Assembly (NCBI GenBank): GCA_040081625.1
Contig: JBEBGD010000004.1
Coordinates: 32,001 to 96,000 of the forward strand
Length of the DNA: 64,000 bases
Direction of reading: 5' to 3'
Origin: Chthoniobacteraceae bacterium
Lineage (GTDB): Bacteria > Verrucomicrobiota > Verrucomicrobiia > Chthoniobacterales > Chthoniobacteraceae
This document shows, piece after piece, positions 35,843-45,942 of the stretch (position 1 is the stretch's first letter; every line of letters starts with the position of its first letter). The position numbers were made by a program, and so were the translations under genes. A model generated the notes under the pieces. That model worked only from the letters and a program-made list of their open reading frames with translations, was not told the DNA's origin and did not search any database.

Positions 35843-38794
35843 TCACGGCGCGTCGCGGAGGAACGCGATCAAGTCGGCCATCTGCTCCACGGAGATCGCC
35901 GCCTCGAGCCCCTCCGGCATCGCCGAAGTGCCCGTCGCCCGGAGCGTGGCGACGTCCGCGCGCGAGACCGTCTCATCGACGCCATCGAGCCGCTTCAACG
36001 TGAGTCCGGTCTCCGTCTCTGCCGTGATGACTCCCGCGAGCGCGCGCCCGTCCTTCAACTCGACCGTGTAGAGCATGAAGTTCGGCGACACCTCGCGATT
36101 CGGATCGAGGATGTTTGTGAGCATTTGCTCCGCCGGCCATGCCGCGACCGTCGCGAGATTCGGCCCGAGGTCGATCCCGGTGTCGCCCTTGCGGTGACAC
36201 GTCGCGCACGCAGCCGCGTAGATCGCCGCGCCTTTCGTCGCGTCGCCCTTGCGAGTCAGCACAGCTTCATAGCGCGCCAGCACTTCCGTCCGCGAACCAC
36301 TCGCGGTGAAAAGCTTGGCCGCACGCTCGCGCAGCGCGATGTCCGGGAATCGCTGAAGCGAAGCACGGACCGCTGGACTCAACTCCGCGGACTTCACGCG
36401 TTGAGTTTCCATCGCGTCGAACAGCGCCGCGAGCCACTCCTTGCGCGAAGCGAGCGCGGATGCCGCGGCTTCGCGCACAGCGGGAGTCAGCGTCGGCCAC
36501 GCATCGAGCAGCAGCGCGGCGACACCAGCCTCGCGCCGCTCCTGCAACAGGCGCACGAACGCGATTCGAACTCCATCGGGCTCGCGCGGCGCGAGCACTC
36601 GGGCGGCTACGAACTTAAGCGTCGGAAAATCCTCCAGCGTCAGCAGCGCGATGTAATGGGCCCGATCATTCAGTCGGGCCGAACTGTTGAGAGCACCCGC
36701 CGTCGCCTTGTCCTCAAGAGACCCAAGCCAGGATGTCGTCACGCCCGATGTCGCGAAGTCACGCGGCGTCTTGCCGTGCCGGGCGAGACCTTTCGCCAAG
36801 CCGAGCACGCCGGCCTCGCTCATCGCTGGATGCGACCGTGCCGCCTCCCCGAGCGCGTCGAGCAACAGCGTGCAATCGGCGGACTTCGCTGCGGCGCCGA
36901 CGATCGTGCCCGCATCGCGCAGAAACGCAGCGCCGCCGGTCGAGTCCGGGCTCTTCATCAGCAACGCGGCGACCTTCGCCATTTGTGCACCAGTCGAGCT
37001 GAGCACTGCTGCACGCATCCATGGATCGGTGGGATCACGCCCGGTGATCGCGGCCATGACGGAGATCGCGGATTCATCCATCGCCTCGCCAAGCGATAGC
37101 GCGACTTGGAAGCGCACGAACGCGGAGGTGTCATTGGAGAGGCCCATCACCGCGGCGCGTAGAGGCTCGGAACTGTTCAACCGCGGCTCGACGAGGAGCA
37201 CGCCAGCGGTGCGCACGTGTTCATCGGCATCGTGCATCGCTGCGAGCGCGTCGTCTGGTTTCAGCGCGCCGAGTCCCTCGAGCGTCCACAGTGCGTGCAG
37301 CCGCGCGAACGCCTTCGCGTGCTTCGTCATCATCTCGCGCAGCGCAGGCACCGCGCTCTTGGCCTGCCGCTCGAAGAGCAAGCGGTGCGCGGTGTCGCGG
37401 TGCCAGGCGTTCGGGTGCGCGAGCAGCGCGACGAGTTCGGCAGTGCTCGCCTTGCTGAGCTTCAGTGTCGCGCGTGGTTTGAAATCCGGCGGCGCGAGAC
37501 GGTAGAGCCGGCCTTTGTCGCGGCCGCGTTCGAGATCGAGCGCGGCGTGGATGTCGTCGGGCAACGACCACGGGTGCTCGATCACTTCGCGATACATGTC
37601 GCAGACGTGCAGGCAGCCGTCGGGCGCGTTCGCGAAGTTCACGGGGCGAAACCACACGTCGCGCCCCGCGCAAAACTCGCGGTCGCCGTCCACGCGTTTC
37701 GCCCTGAACGTGACGCCGTCGGGCTGCGTGACGAGACGGTAGAAAAGATTCCCGGCGACATCTGCGACGAAAATATTTCCGCGAAACTCAGCCGGATACG
37801 CATCGCCGCGATACACGGTCACGCCGCTCGACGACGTGACGACACCCGTGCCGACCAGTTCGCTGCGCGGCGTGCGCGCGGTGACGGTCGAGTCCGCGGA
37901 CCATCGCCTGGCGCGCAATTCCCGCCATGCTTCCGGCGGGCTCACGCGATGAACCGGGAGTTGGTCGCCCGCTTCCGTCACATCCACGAGCGGACTCATC
38001 GCCGGGAGATACGGCTGCCGCGCGAGGTAGCGGCTCTCGATCACGACGTGCTGCGCGGGATTGCGGATGTTGCAGAGGAAACGGTTGCCCCAGTCGTCGC
38101 GCGTGTTGCCGAAGCGCGCGCCGCCGCTCACCAACTCGAACGATCCATCGCGCGGATCGAGCCGCACGTCGGCGCGACGCATCGCAACCGGCTTCCCGCC
38201 GGGGCGCGCGATCTCGCCGCCATTGCTGCCGCCCGCGAGGTAGAGCCGGTTGTCGAGTCCCCACACCGGGTTGTTCAGCACCGCCTGCACGTTCAGTTTT
38301 TTGAAACCGGTGAGCAGCTTCTCGCGCACGTCGGCCTTTCCGTCGCCGTCCGTGTCCTTCAGATACCAAACGTCCGGCGTCGCCGTCACGATCACGCCGC
38401 CTTTCCAGCACGCGACGCCTGTCGGCCACGAGAGGCCGTCCGCGAAGGTCGTGCTGCGATCGAACTTCCCGTCGCCGTCGTCATCGGTGAGCAGCCGTAT
38501 TTTTCCGATCGGCGCGTCGGTCGGATTCTCCTGACTCGCCGTGTGGCGCGCCTTGTCCGTGTAGGGGTAGTCGTTCATCTCCGCGACGTAAGCGCGGCCG
38601 TCTTCGTCGTAGCAGAGCGCGACGGGATCGGTGACGAGTGGCTCCGCGGCGAGCAGCTCCATGCGGAAGCCGTGCAACATTTCGAAAGTCTTCTCGGCCT
38701 CGCCCGGCAGCGTCGGTGACGTGGCGGGAAACTTCAGCGGCTCCGCGCCGAGTGCCGCGAGGCTAAGCAGACAGAAAACGCTGAGCGTTCGCAT
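35843..38794 (-). CDS. PVC-type membrane-bound dehydrogenase/heme-binding CxxCH protein
   Basis: AAEPLVTDPVA, DDDGDGKFD and WFRPVN motifs, HEAT repeats, C-terminal CATCH and SAMPEGLE. Confidence 0.9.
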   Translation of the reverse strand: MRTLSVFCLLSLAALGAEPLKFPATSPTLPGEAEKTFEMLHGFRMELLAAEPLVTDPVALCYDEDGRAYVAEMNDYPYTDKARHTASQENPTDAPIGKIRLLTDDDGDGKFDRSTTFADGLSWPTGVACWKGGVIVTATPDVWYLKDTDGDGKADVREKLLTGFKKLNVQAVLNNPVWGLDNRLYLAGGSNGGEIARPGGKPVAMRRADVRLDPRDGSFELVSGGARFGNTRDDWGNRFLCNIRNPAQHVVIESRYLARQPYLPAMSPLVDVTEAGDQLPVHRVSPPEAWRELRARRWSADSTVTARTPRSELVGTGVVTSSSGVTVYRGDAYPAEFRGNIFVADVAGNLFYRLVTQPDGVTFRAKRVDGDREFCAGRDVWFRPVNFANAPDGCLHVCDMYREVIEHPWSLPDDIHAALDLERGRDKGRLYRLAPPDFKPRATLKLSKASTAELVALLAHPNAWHRDTAHRLLFERQAKSAVPALREMMTKHAKAFARLHALWTLEGLGALKPDDALAAMHDADEHVRTAGVLLVEPRLNSSEPLRAAVMGLSNDTSAFVRFQVALSLGEAMDESAISVMAAITGRDPTDPWMRAAVLSSTGAQMAKVAALLMKSPDSTGGAAFLRDAGTIVGAAAKSADCTLLLDALGEAARSHPAMSEAGVLGLAKGLARHGKTPRDFATSGVTTSWLGSLEDKATAGALNSSARLNDRAHYIALLTLEDFPTLKFVAARVLAPREPDGVRIAFVRLLQERREAGVAALLLDAWPTLTPAVREAAASALASRKEWLAALFDAMETQRVKSAELSPAVRASLQRFPDIALRERAAKLFTASGSRTEVLARYEAVLTRKGDATKGAAIYAAACATCHRKGDTGIDLGPNLATVAAWPAEQMLTNILDPNREVSPNFMLYTVELKDGRALAGVITAETETGLTLKRLDGVDETVSRADVATLRATGTSAMPEGLEAAISVEQMADLIAFLRDAP

Positions 38795-39596
38795 GAGTGA
38801 TGGCGGTGAGTTGCGCGGCGCTGAGTTCCGATTCCTTCAGCTTCAGCTTCGCGGCTTCGTGGTAGAAAACGGGCGCGTAGGAGCCGAAGCAGAGTCGGTC
38901 GAGCGGCATGTCCTCGAGCATCGTCTCGATGCCGGCGATGCCTTCGAGCATCGCGAGATCGAAGACGACCTGCGTCCCCGCGAGCGCGAGCAGCACCGGC
39001 TTGCCGGCCATGCTGCGCAGCCAGTTTAGCAGCATCACGCGCGCGCCGGGTGCCGCTTCGAGCGCCTTCGCGATCGGTGAAATATCCACGGGGGTGACGC
39101 GCATCAGCGGGCTCTGCGTGCGCTCGTCTTCCATCACGCAGACGACTTGCACGACGAGCCGCTGCGCAGCCGCGAGCTTCAGCGCCTCCACGAACCGCGC
39201 GTCGTCGAGCTTGTAGCCGTGGTATCCGGGGATGAGCCGGATGCCGCGCATCTTCGCGCACGCGGCGATGTCCGCCTCCCATCGCGGCAGCGCGAGATTC
39301 ACGACGCCGAATGGCTCGAACATCGGGAATGCGCGGCAAGCGTCCGCGAGGCGCGCGTTCACGCCGGCGATGTCCTTTTGCAACACGCCATCGAGCGACG
39401 ACGTCCACGCGCGCGTGACGCCGTTGCGGGTGAGCTTCGCGGCGAGTGCGGCGGGATCGGCCAGCGGGAGATTGCGGATCGGCCAGCGACCGAGCCAGAC
39501 GTTCGTGTCGATCAATTCGGCTCGCGTCGTCTGCGCGCGTGCGGTCATCGCGGCGGCGGCGAGCGTGGTCTGGATGAATCGGCGGCGCGGGAGCAT
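38763..39596 (-). CDS. Amidohydrolase family protein with Tat-like signal
   Basis: MLPRRRFI signal, IDTNVWLGRWP, GIRLIPGYHGY and LCFGS motifs. Confidence 0.8.
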   Translation of the reverse strand: MLPRRRFIQTTLAAAAMTARAQTTRAELIDTNVWLGRWPIRNLPLADPAALAAKLTRNGVTRAWTSSLDGVLQKDIAGVNARLADACRAFPMFEPFGVVNLALPRWEADIAACAKMRGIRLIPGYHGYKLDDARFVEALKLAAAQRLVVQVVCVMEDERTQSPLMRVTPVDISPIAKALEAAPGARVMLLNWLRSMAGKPVLLALAGTQVVFDLAMLEGIAGIETMLEDMPLDRLCFGSYAPVFYHEAAKLKLKESELSAAQLTAITHANAQRFLSA

Positions 39597-39600
39597 GGCG

Positions 39601-40386
39601 TCAGAACTTGATGCCCTTTTCGCGCAGGATCGGCGCGAGCAGGCCGATGAGATTCTCGGCGAAGATGAGCCGCTTCGCTTCGTCGGGGATGTCCGCGCCA
39701 TGAACCTTCGCGAGCTGCGAGGAAAAGCTCCGTCCGCTTGCGTCGCTGCCGTAGATCACGCGATTCGCGCCGAGCTCGCGCACGGCCATCTCCGTGTAGC
39801 CCGCGACGGGATCGGAGCCGGCGAGGTCCGCGTAGGTGTTCTTGATCTGCGCGATGGCGCGGATGCCCTTCTCCCAATCGCCGCCGGTGTGGCCGCAGAT
39901 GATCGGCTTGCCGTCGAGGCGCCGCGCGAGCTCGGCGAGTTCTGTCGGCGTGGATTCGCCCGCGTAGTTTTCGCCGGCCTTGAACCACGTGTGCTGAAAC
40001 ACGACGGCCTTCAGCGCGTGCGCGCGCTTCACGATCCGCTCGACCTCCGGCGTGTTGCAGTGCTGCGCGATCCACAGCTTCACGCCGACCATCGGGCCGT
40101 TCGCCACGCAGCGCTCGAGCTCGGCGAGGCTCGCATCGACGTGCTTCGGATTGAGATACACGAAGCCGAGCAGCCGGTCCGGCCACTTCGGCAGGACGCT
40201 CAGCACCTGGTCGTTCTCGGCGCGGAATTTTTCCGGCGTCGGGTCCTGCGACCACGGGAAGCCCATGTAGAGGCAGCAGCGCTCGACGCCCATGCGGTCC
40301 GCGCATCGCAGCAACTTCTCCGCGCGCTGTTCCGCGCTCGCGCCGGCGGATGTAGCGAAGTGCGTGTGAAGGTCCCAGATGCGCAT
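39601..40386 (-). CDS. Amidohydrolase family protein
   Basis: DLHTH, GVKLW, CGHTGGDW and VIYGSD motifs. Confidence 0.88.
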   Translation of the reverse strand: MRIWDLHTHFATSAGASAEQRAEKLLRCADRMGVERCCLYMGFPWSQDPTPEKFRAENDQVLSVLPKWPDRLLGFVYLNPKHVDASLAELERCVANGPMVGVKLWIAQHCNTPEVERIVKRAHALKAVVFQHTWFKAGENYAGESTPTELAELARRLDGKPIICGHTGGDWEKGIRAIAQIKNTYADLAGSDPVAGYTEMAVRELGANRVIYGSDASGRSFSSQLAKVHGADIPDEAKRLIFAENLIGLLAPILREKGIKF

Positions 40387-40464
40387 GAGGGTGTAGCGAC
40401 AAGCACGCGCGATGCGATTTTGTTAGCGCGGAGCACCAATCGGAGGCGCCGCGGCTTTGTCGTT

Positions 40465-41985
40465 TTAACGCGGCTCCAGCCGCACATACGGCAGCAGCCC
40501 ATGCACGCCGCCTTCGCGACCGAAGCCGCTCTCCTTGTATCCGCCGAACGGGCTCGTCGGGTCGAACTTGTTATACGTGTTCGCCCAGACCACGCCCGCG
40601 CGCAGCTTGCTCACCATCTTGAAAATTTTACTCCCCTTGTCGGTCCACACGCCGGCGCTCAGGCCATAAGGCGTGTTGTTCGCGCGCTCGATCGCCTCCT
40701 CCGGCGTGCGGAAGGTCATCACACTTAGCACCGGCCCGAAGATCTCCTCCTGCGCGATGCGATGACTCGCCGTCACGCCTGTGATGAGGCTCGGCGGAAA
40801 CCAGTAACCCTTCGCCGGCAGCGCGCACCGCGGCTGGATGAGCTCGCCGCCTTCGTCCACTCCCGCCTGCACGAGCTCGCGGATTTTCTCGAGCTGCGGC
40901 TTCGAGTTGATCGCACCGATGTCCGTATTCTTGTCGAGCGGATCGCCGACGCGCAGCGTCTTGATGCGGTCGCCGAGCTTGCGCAACACGCGCGCAAAGA
41001 CGCCCTCCTGCACGAGCAGCCGCGAGCCCGCGCAGCACACGTGGCCCTGGTTGAAAAAGATGCCGTTGATGATGCCTTCGACCGCCTGGTCGATCGGCGC
41101 GTCCTCGAAAATCAAATGCGCGGCCTTCCCGCCGAGCTCGAGCGTGAGCCGCTTCCGCGTCGCCGCGACGGACTTCGCGAGCAGCTTGCCCACGTCGGTC
41201 GAGCCGGTGAACGCGAGCTTGTCCACGTCTCCGTGCTCGACGAGCGCGCGCCCCGTCTCGCCCGCGCCGGTCACGATGTTCACCACGCCATCGGGCAACT
41301 CCGCTTCGCGCAAAATCTCCGCGAGATGCATCGCGCTCACGCTCGTCGTCTCCGCCGGTTTCAAGACGACGGTATTCCCGCAAGCGAGCGCCGGCGCAAG
41401 TTTCCACGCGGCCATGAGCAACGGGAAATTCCACGGGATGATCTGCCCGCACACGCCCACCGGCGCGGCCTTCCGTCCGGGGAAGGCGTAGTCGAGTTTG
41501 TCCGCCCAGCCCGCGTGATAGAAGAAGTGCGCCGCCACCTGCGGCAGGTCAAAGTCGCGCGATTCCTTGATCGGCTTGCCGCCGTCCATCGTCTCGACGA
41601 TCGCAAGCTCACGCGCCTTCTCCTGCACGATGCGCGCGATCCGGTAGAGATACTTCCCGCGCTCGCGCCCCTGCAGCCGCGACCAACTCTTGAATGCGCG
41701 CCGCGCCGCCGCGACCGCCGCATCGACATCCGCCGCGCCGCCGAGCGCGACTTCCGCGAGCGGCTTCTCGTTCGCGGGATTCAGCGATGGGAAATACTTC
41801 CCCGATTTCGGCACGACGAACTTCCCGCCGACGAACAACTCGTAGCGCGGCGCGATCTTCACGGGCACCGACTCCGGCGCCGGCGCATACGCCCACTTCC
41901 CGCCGAAGCTCAACCGTCGCTCCGCCGCCGGCACGACGGGATGCTCAGCGACGACGGCGATGGAACGGGAGGCTTTGCGAGGCAT
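40465..41985 (-). CDS. Aldehyde dehydrogenase
   Basis: IIPWNFPLLM, KPAETT, FTGST, LELGGK, CCAGSR and EEIFGPV motifs. Confidence 0.96.
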   Translation of the reverse strand: MPRKASRSIAVVAEHPVVPAAERRLSFGGKWAYAPAPESVPVKIAPRYELFVGGKFVVPKSGKYFPSLNPANEKPLAEVALGGAADVDAAVAAARRAFKSWSRLQGRERGKYLYRIARIVQEKARELAIVETMDGGKPIKESRDFDLPQVAAHFFYHAGWADKLDYAFPGRKAAPVGVCGQIIPWNFPLLMAAWKLAPALACGNTVVLKPAETTSVSAMHLAEILREAELPDGVVNIVTGAGETGRALVEHGDVDKLAFTGSTDVGKLLAKSVAATRKRLTLELGGKAAHLIFEDAPIDQAVEGIINGIFFNQGHVCCAGSRLLVQEGVFARVLRKLGDRIKTLRVGDPLDKNTDIGAINSKPQLEKIRELVQAGVDEGGELIQPRCALPAKGYWFPPSLITGVTASHRIAQEEIFGPVLSVMTFRTPEEAIERANNTPYGLSAGVWTDKGSKIFKMVSKLRAGVVWANTYNKFDPTSPFGGYKESGFGREGGVHGLLPYVRLEPR

Positions 41986-42052
41986 GACGCGGAGAATCCC
42001 TGCCGATACGCGCGGTTGCAAGCGTCCGCGCAAAACGCTTTTCCATGCGTTC

Positions 42053-43387
42053 ATGTCCCGCTTCCTCCTCACGCTCATCGCACTCGCCCTCTCCGCCGTC
42101 GCCGCTGAGAAGCCGAATATCCTCATCATCGTCGCCGACGACCTCGGCTACGCGGACATCGGCTTCCAGGGCGCGAAGGACGTGCCCACTCCCCACCTCG
42201 ATGCACTCGCCGCGCGCAGCGTGCGCTGCACGAGCGGCTACGTCTCGCATCCGTTTTGCAGCCCGACGCGCGCGGGTCTGCTGACCGGGCGTTACCAGCA
42301 GCGCTTCGGCCACGAAAACAATCCCGCATGGCTCCCGGAAAGCACCGTCGCCGGCCTGCCGCTCTCCGAGACGACCATGCCGCAGGTCATCGCGAGCGCC
42401 GGTTACAAGACCGGCGCGGTCGGCAAGTGGCACCTCGGCGCACATCCGCAGTTCCATCCGAACCGGCGCGGGTTCGCCGACTACTTCGGAGCCCTCGGCG
42501 GCGGGCACATCTACATGCCCGGCAGCAAAGGCGGCGCGGAATACAACATCCCGCTCGACCGCAATGGCGCTCCCGAAACGCACACGAAGTATCTCACCGA
42601 CCACTTCGGCGAGGAAGCCGCCGCCTTCATCTCGCGCCATGAGAAGCAGCCGTGGCTGCTGTATCTCGCGTTCAACGCGCCGCACACGCCGATGCAGGCG
42701 ACGGAAAAGTATCTCGACCGCGTGAAGACGATCGCCGACGAAAAGCGTCGCACCTACGCCGCGATGATCTGCGCGATGGACGACGCGATCGGCGCTGCGC
42801 TCGCCGCCGTGAAAGCCGCCGGCGACGAGGAGAAAACGCTCGTCTTTTTCATCAGCGACAACGGCGGACCGATCTCGGTGAACGCCTCGCTCAACACGCC
42901 GCTCAACGGCGCGAAAGGCAGCGTGCAGGAGGGCGGCGTCCGCGTGCCCTTCCTCGTGTCGTGGCCCGCAAAGCTCCCGCGCGGGAAAGACTACGCGCAG
43001 CCGGTGATCGCGCTCGATTTCTTCGCCACCGCGGTCGCCGTGAGCGGCGCGACGCTGCCCGCCGGCGTGAAGCTCGACGGAGTGAATCTCATCCCCTTCC
43101 TCTCCGGCGAAATGACCGGCGCGCCGCACAAACACCTGTTCTGGCGCACCGGCGGCGGCGACCAGCTCGCCGTGCGCGCGGGCGATTGGAAGTGGATGCG
43201 CCGGCAGGGCGGACAGCCGCAGCTCTACAATCTCGCGAGCGACATCGGCGAAGCGACCGACATCGCCGCGAAGGAACCCGCGAAGGCCGCTGAGTTGGAG
43301 AAGATCGCGCTGGCGTGGAGCGCCGAACTCGTGCGCCCGATCTTCGAGAGCCCGAAGCCCGGGAAGAAGCAGCCCGCAAAGAAGTGA
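42053..43387 (+). CDS. Sulfatase (S1 family)
   Basis: PNILIIVADDLG, CSPTRAGLLTGR, GKWHLG and SDNGG motifs. Confidence 0.95.
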   Translation: MSRFLLTLIALALSAVAAEKPNILIIVADDLGYADIGFQGAKDVPTPHLDALAARSVRCTSGYVSHPFCSPTRAGLLTGRYQQRFGHENNPAWLPESTVAGLPLSETTMPQVIASAGYKTGAVGKWHLGAHPQFHPNRRGFADYFGALGGGHIYMPGSKGGAEYNIPLDRNGAPETHTKYLTDHFGEEAAAFISRHEKQPWLLYLAFNAPHTPMQATEKYLDRVKTIADEKRRTYAAMICAMDDAIGAALAAVKAAGDEEKTLVFFISDNGGPISVNASLNTPLNGAKGSVQEGGVRVPFLVSWPAKLPRGKDYAQPVIALDFFATAVAVSGATLPAGVKLDGVNLIPFLSGEMTGAPHKHLFWRTGGGDQLAVRAGDWKWMRRQGGQPQLYNLASDIGEATDIAAKEPAKAAELEKIALAWSAELVRPIFESPKPGKKQPAKK

Positions 43388-44193
43388 GCCCGTTGCGTTC
43401 TCTCGTCCTCCTCGCACTCGCGTCGGCAGCACTGCGCGCCGCGGACGTGCCCGAGATTCTCGCGACCGAGGACGGCGTGCGCTTCGGTCTCTGGCCGCAT
43501 CGCCCCGCGCAGGCAGCGCCGATCGTTTTCGTCCTCTCGGGCGCCATCGACGACTCGCTCACGTCGCGCTATTTCCGCCAGGCCGCGCAGTTTCTCATCG
43601 AGGACGGCATCGTGTGTGTGTCGGTGGATTTGCCGTGTCACGGGCAGGACTCTCGGCCGAAGGATAGCGGACTCGGTGGCTGGCGCGCGCGCGCCGTGGC
43701 TGGCAACGACTTCGTGGCCGATGTCACCACGCGGCTGCGCAAGGTGCTCGACCATCTCATCAAATCCGGCATCGCCGACCCGCAGCGCATCGCCGCGCTC
43801 GGCACGTCGCGCGGCGGATTCGTCGCGCTGCACTTCGCGGCGGCGGATACGCGCGTGAAAGCCGTGATGGGCTTCGCGCCGTTGATTGACCTCGCGAAGA
43901 TTTCCGAGTTCCGCGGCGCGGAAGACGACCCGCTCGTGCAAAAGCTCGCGCTTGAAAAACAGGCCGACGCACTCGCGGGCCGCTCCGTGTGGCTCGTGAT
44001 CGGCGACCGCGACGCACGCGTGAGCACCGACGCGACGATCGCCTTCGCCCGCGCCGTCACCGCCGCATCGCTCGCGAAGAGTCTCCCCGCGCTGGTCGAT
44101 CTTCATGTCATCGCGGAGCCGAAAGGCCACACCGTCCCCGCCGGCACCGCCGAACTCGGCGCGAAGTGGCTGCGCGAAAAACTGCTCAAGTAA
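43384..44193 (+). CDS. Secreted alpha/beta hydrolase
   Basis: DLPCHG, GTSRGG nucleophile elbow, C-terminal GH; GTGA overlap. Confidence 0.8.
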   Translation: MSPLRSLVLLALASAALRAADVPEILATEDGVRFGLWPHRPAQAAPIVFVLSGAIDDSLTSRYFRQAAQFLIEDGIVCVSVDLPCHGQDSRPKDSGLGGWRARAVAGNDFVADVTTRLRKVLDHLIKSGIADPQRIAALGTSRGGFVALHFAAADTRVKAVMGFAPLIDLAKISEFRGAEDDPLVQKLALEKQADALAGRSVWLVIGDRDARVSTDATIAFARAVTAASLAKSLPALVDLHVIAEPKGHTVPAGTAELGAKWLREKLLK

Positions 44194-44231
44194 CATGCGC
44201 CAGCACCGAACGCCAGCCGGGTCCGGGCCGC

Positions 44232-44783
44232 CTAGTTCGCCGCACTCCAATCCACCGCGACGCGCAGCTTCTTCTTGAACTTGTCCGTGTAGTGCAACTC
44301 GCCGTGCGCGAGCCCGTGCTCATGCACGAGCCGCGTGCATTTCACATCGAAGCAGCAATACTCGGCGATCTCGAGCAGCCGCCCTTCGCGCCACCAGCGG
44401 ATCGCGTCGAGGCCCTCGGCGGTCTTGCCGACCCCGAGCGTGGCGGTCGCGATGGCGTCGAGGCTGAGGCGATGGCCGAGCGTCTTCTCGACCTCGACAA
44501 GCATGTCGAGCGTGCGGCACTGGTGCGGCAGGTCGAGAACGGTGTAACCCATGAGCACTTCGTAGTCGAAGTTGATCACGTTGAAGCCGACGACGAGGTC
44601 CGCGCGCACAAGTTGATCGACGAGCGCGAGCACGTCTTTCTCCGAGTAGATGCGATACTCGCCGAGTCGCGTGGAGTAGGTCACGCCGATCGACATGCCC
44701 ATATCGCGCTTGCGGCCCCAGCCGCCGACGTCGTTGGCGGTGCGCTGCGTTTCGAGATCGAAATAGACGATGTCGCGGGACAT
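44232..44783 (-). CDS. RNase H-like (DEDD, YprB/RNase_H_2) domain protein
   Basis: YFDLETQ, VVGFN..FDY and YC..DV motifs. Confidence 0.85.
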   Translation of the reverse strand: MSRDIVYFDLETQRTANDVGGWGRKRDMGMSIGVTYSTRLGEYRIYSEKDVLALVDQLVRADLVVGFNVINFDYEVLMGYTVLDLPHQCRTLDMLVEVEKTLGHRLSLDAIATATLGVGKTAEGLDAIRWWREGRLLEIAEYCCFDVKCTRLVHEHGLAHGELHYTDKFKKKLRVAVDWSAAN

Positions 44784-44802
44784 GAGCGCGGGAGTTAGCG
44801 CG

Positions 44803-45942
44803 CTACTTTGCGCCGGTCCATTCGTATTCGCCGGCGTCGAAGGCCATCATCTGGTCGAGCTTGCGGACGCGGTATTCCTCGATCACCGCGCCGTCGCTCT
44901 GCCACAGCGTGATCGCGCCGTCGGCCTCGCGCGTGAGCGCGGCCCACTTGAGGTGCGGCGTGGTGGTGAGGCGGTGCAGGGGAAGGCCATCGACGGTGCG
45001 AAGCAGGCTGCCCTTCTCGTCGATGGCGACGCCCACTTGCAGCGCGGCCGGCGCGACCTGGATCAGCTCGTTACGCATCAAGGCGACGCGCACTTTCTCC
45101 TCGGCTACGGGCGGCTGCTCGCGGCCCATCGCCGGCGCGGCCTGTGCGAACGTCTCCTGAGCGGCGATGGACTTGGTCAGAAAAATCTCCCACTCCGAAA
45201 TCTTTTTCCCGTCCGCTTCCGACTTGGTTTCCTTCAGCCGGAGAGCGCGCAGACGCAGCTCGTTTGCGCCGCGCTCGATCAGGAAAAGTTCGTCGCGATC
45301 CGGCGCGGCGGCGAGGGCGAAGGGCTTCGGTTCCTCCGCCGGAAACTCGAGTTCGCGCAGCAGTTCGTCGCCGCTGCGCTGAGTGAGCACGCCGTCCTCG
45401 ATCCGCCACACGCTCTCGCTCGCGCCCGGCACTTCGCGGGCGGGCTGCGCGGAATTTTCCGTCGGCGCGATGCTGTGTTCGCCGGAATCGAGATGCAGCC
45501 GCACGAGCACCGGGGCAGCCTCCACACTCATCGCGTCGAGCAGAAGCTCGCGACCGTCGAGCCGCACCGCGCGCAGTTCGCGCACGCGCGGCGCTTCGTC
45601 GTCGTCGAGCCAGTCGTTTCCGTGAAAGGCGACGCCCTCGATCTCGACATCGCCGACGGCGAATCCGCGCGCGAAGTATTTCCCCGCGGGCAGCGGCGCG
45701 CCAGCGTCGTCATTGCCGTCCCAATTCGCCATGAGTCCATTGAGCCCGATGATGAAGGCGTCGTCCTGCGCCTCGGCGGCGAGCACGCGGACGAGCCGGC
45801 CTTCGACGGAAAAAACGCCGACGCTCATCGTGCCGTCGAGCGGCGGCGGGAGGAAGGTGATGCGGACGCCCTTGGGCGGTTCATCCTGCGCGCAGGCGAG
45901 GCCCGCGATCGCTGCGATCAGCGCCAGTCGCAGGCTACGCAT
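44803..45942 (-). CDS. Exported hypothetical protein with FlgD-Ig-like N-terminus
   Basis: Signal peptide. GRLVRVL...WDGNDDAG.PLPAGKY motif. Confidence 0.7.
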   Translation of the reverse strand: MRSLRLALIAAIAGLACAQDEPPKGVRITFLPPPLDGTMSVGVFSVEGRLVRVLAAEAQDDAFIIGLNGLMANWDGNDDAGAPLPAGKYFARGFAVGDVEIEGVAFHGNDWLDDDEAPRVRELRAVRLDGRELLLDAMSVEAAPVLVRLHLDSGEHSIAPTENSAQPAREVPGASESVWRIEDGVLTQRSGDELLRELEFPAEEPKPFALAAAPDRDELFLIERGANELRLRALRLKETKSEADGKKISEWEIFLTKSIAAQETFAQAAPAMGREQPPVAEEKVRVALMRNELIQVAPAALQVGVAIDEKGSLLRTVDGLPLHRLTTTPHLKWAALTREADGAITLWQSDGAVIEEYRVRKLDQMMAFDAGEYEWTGAK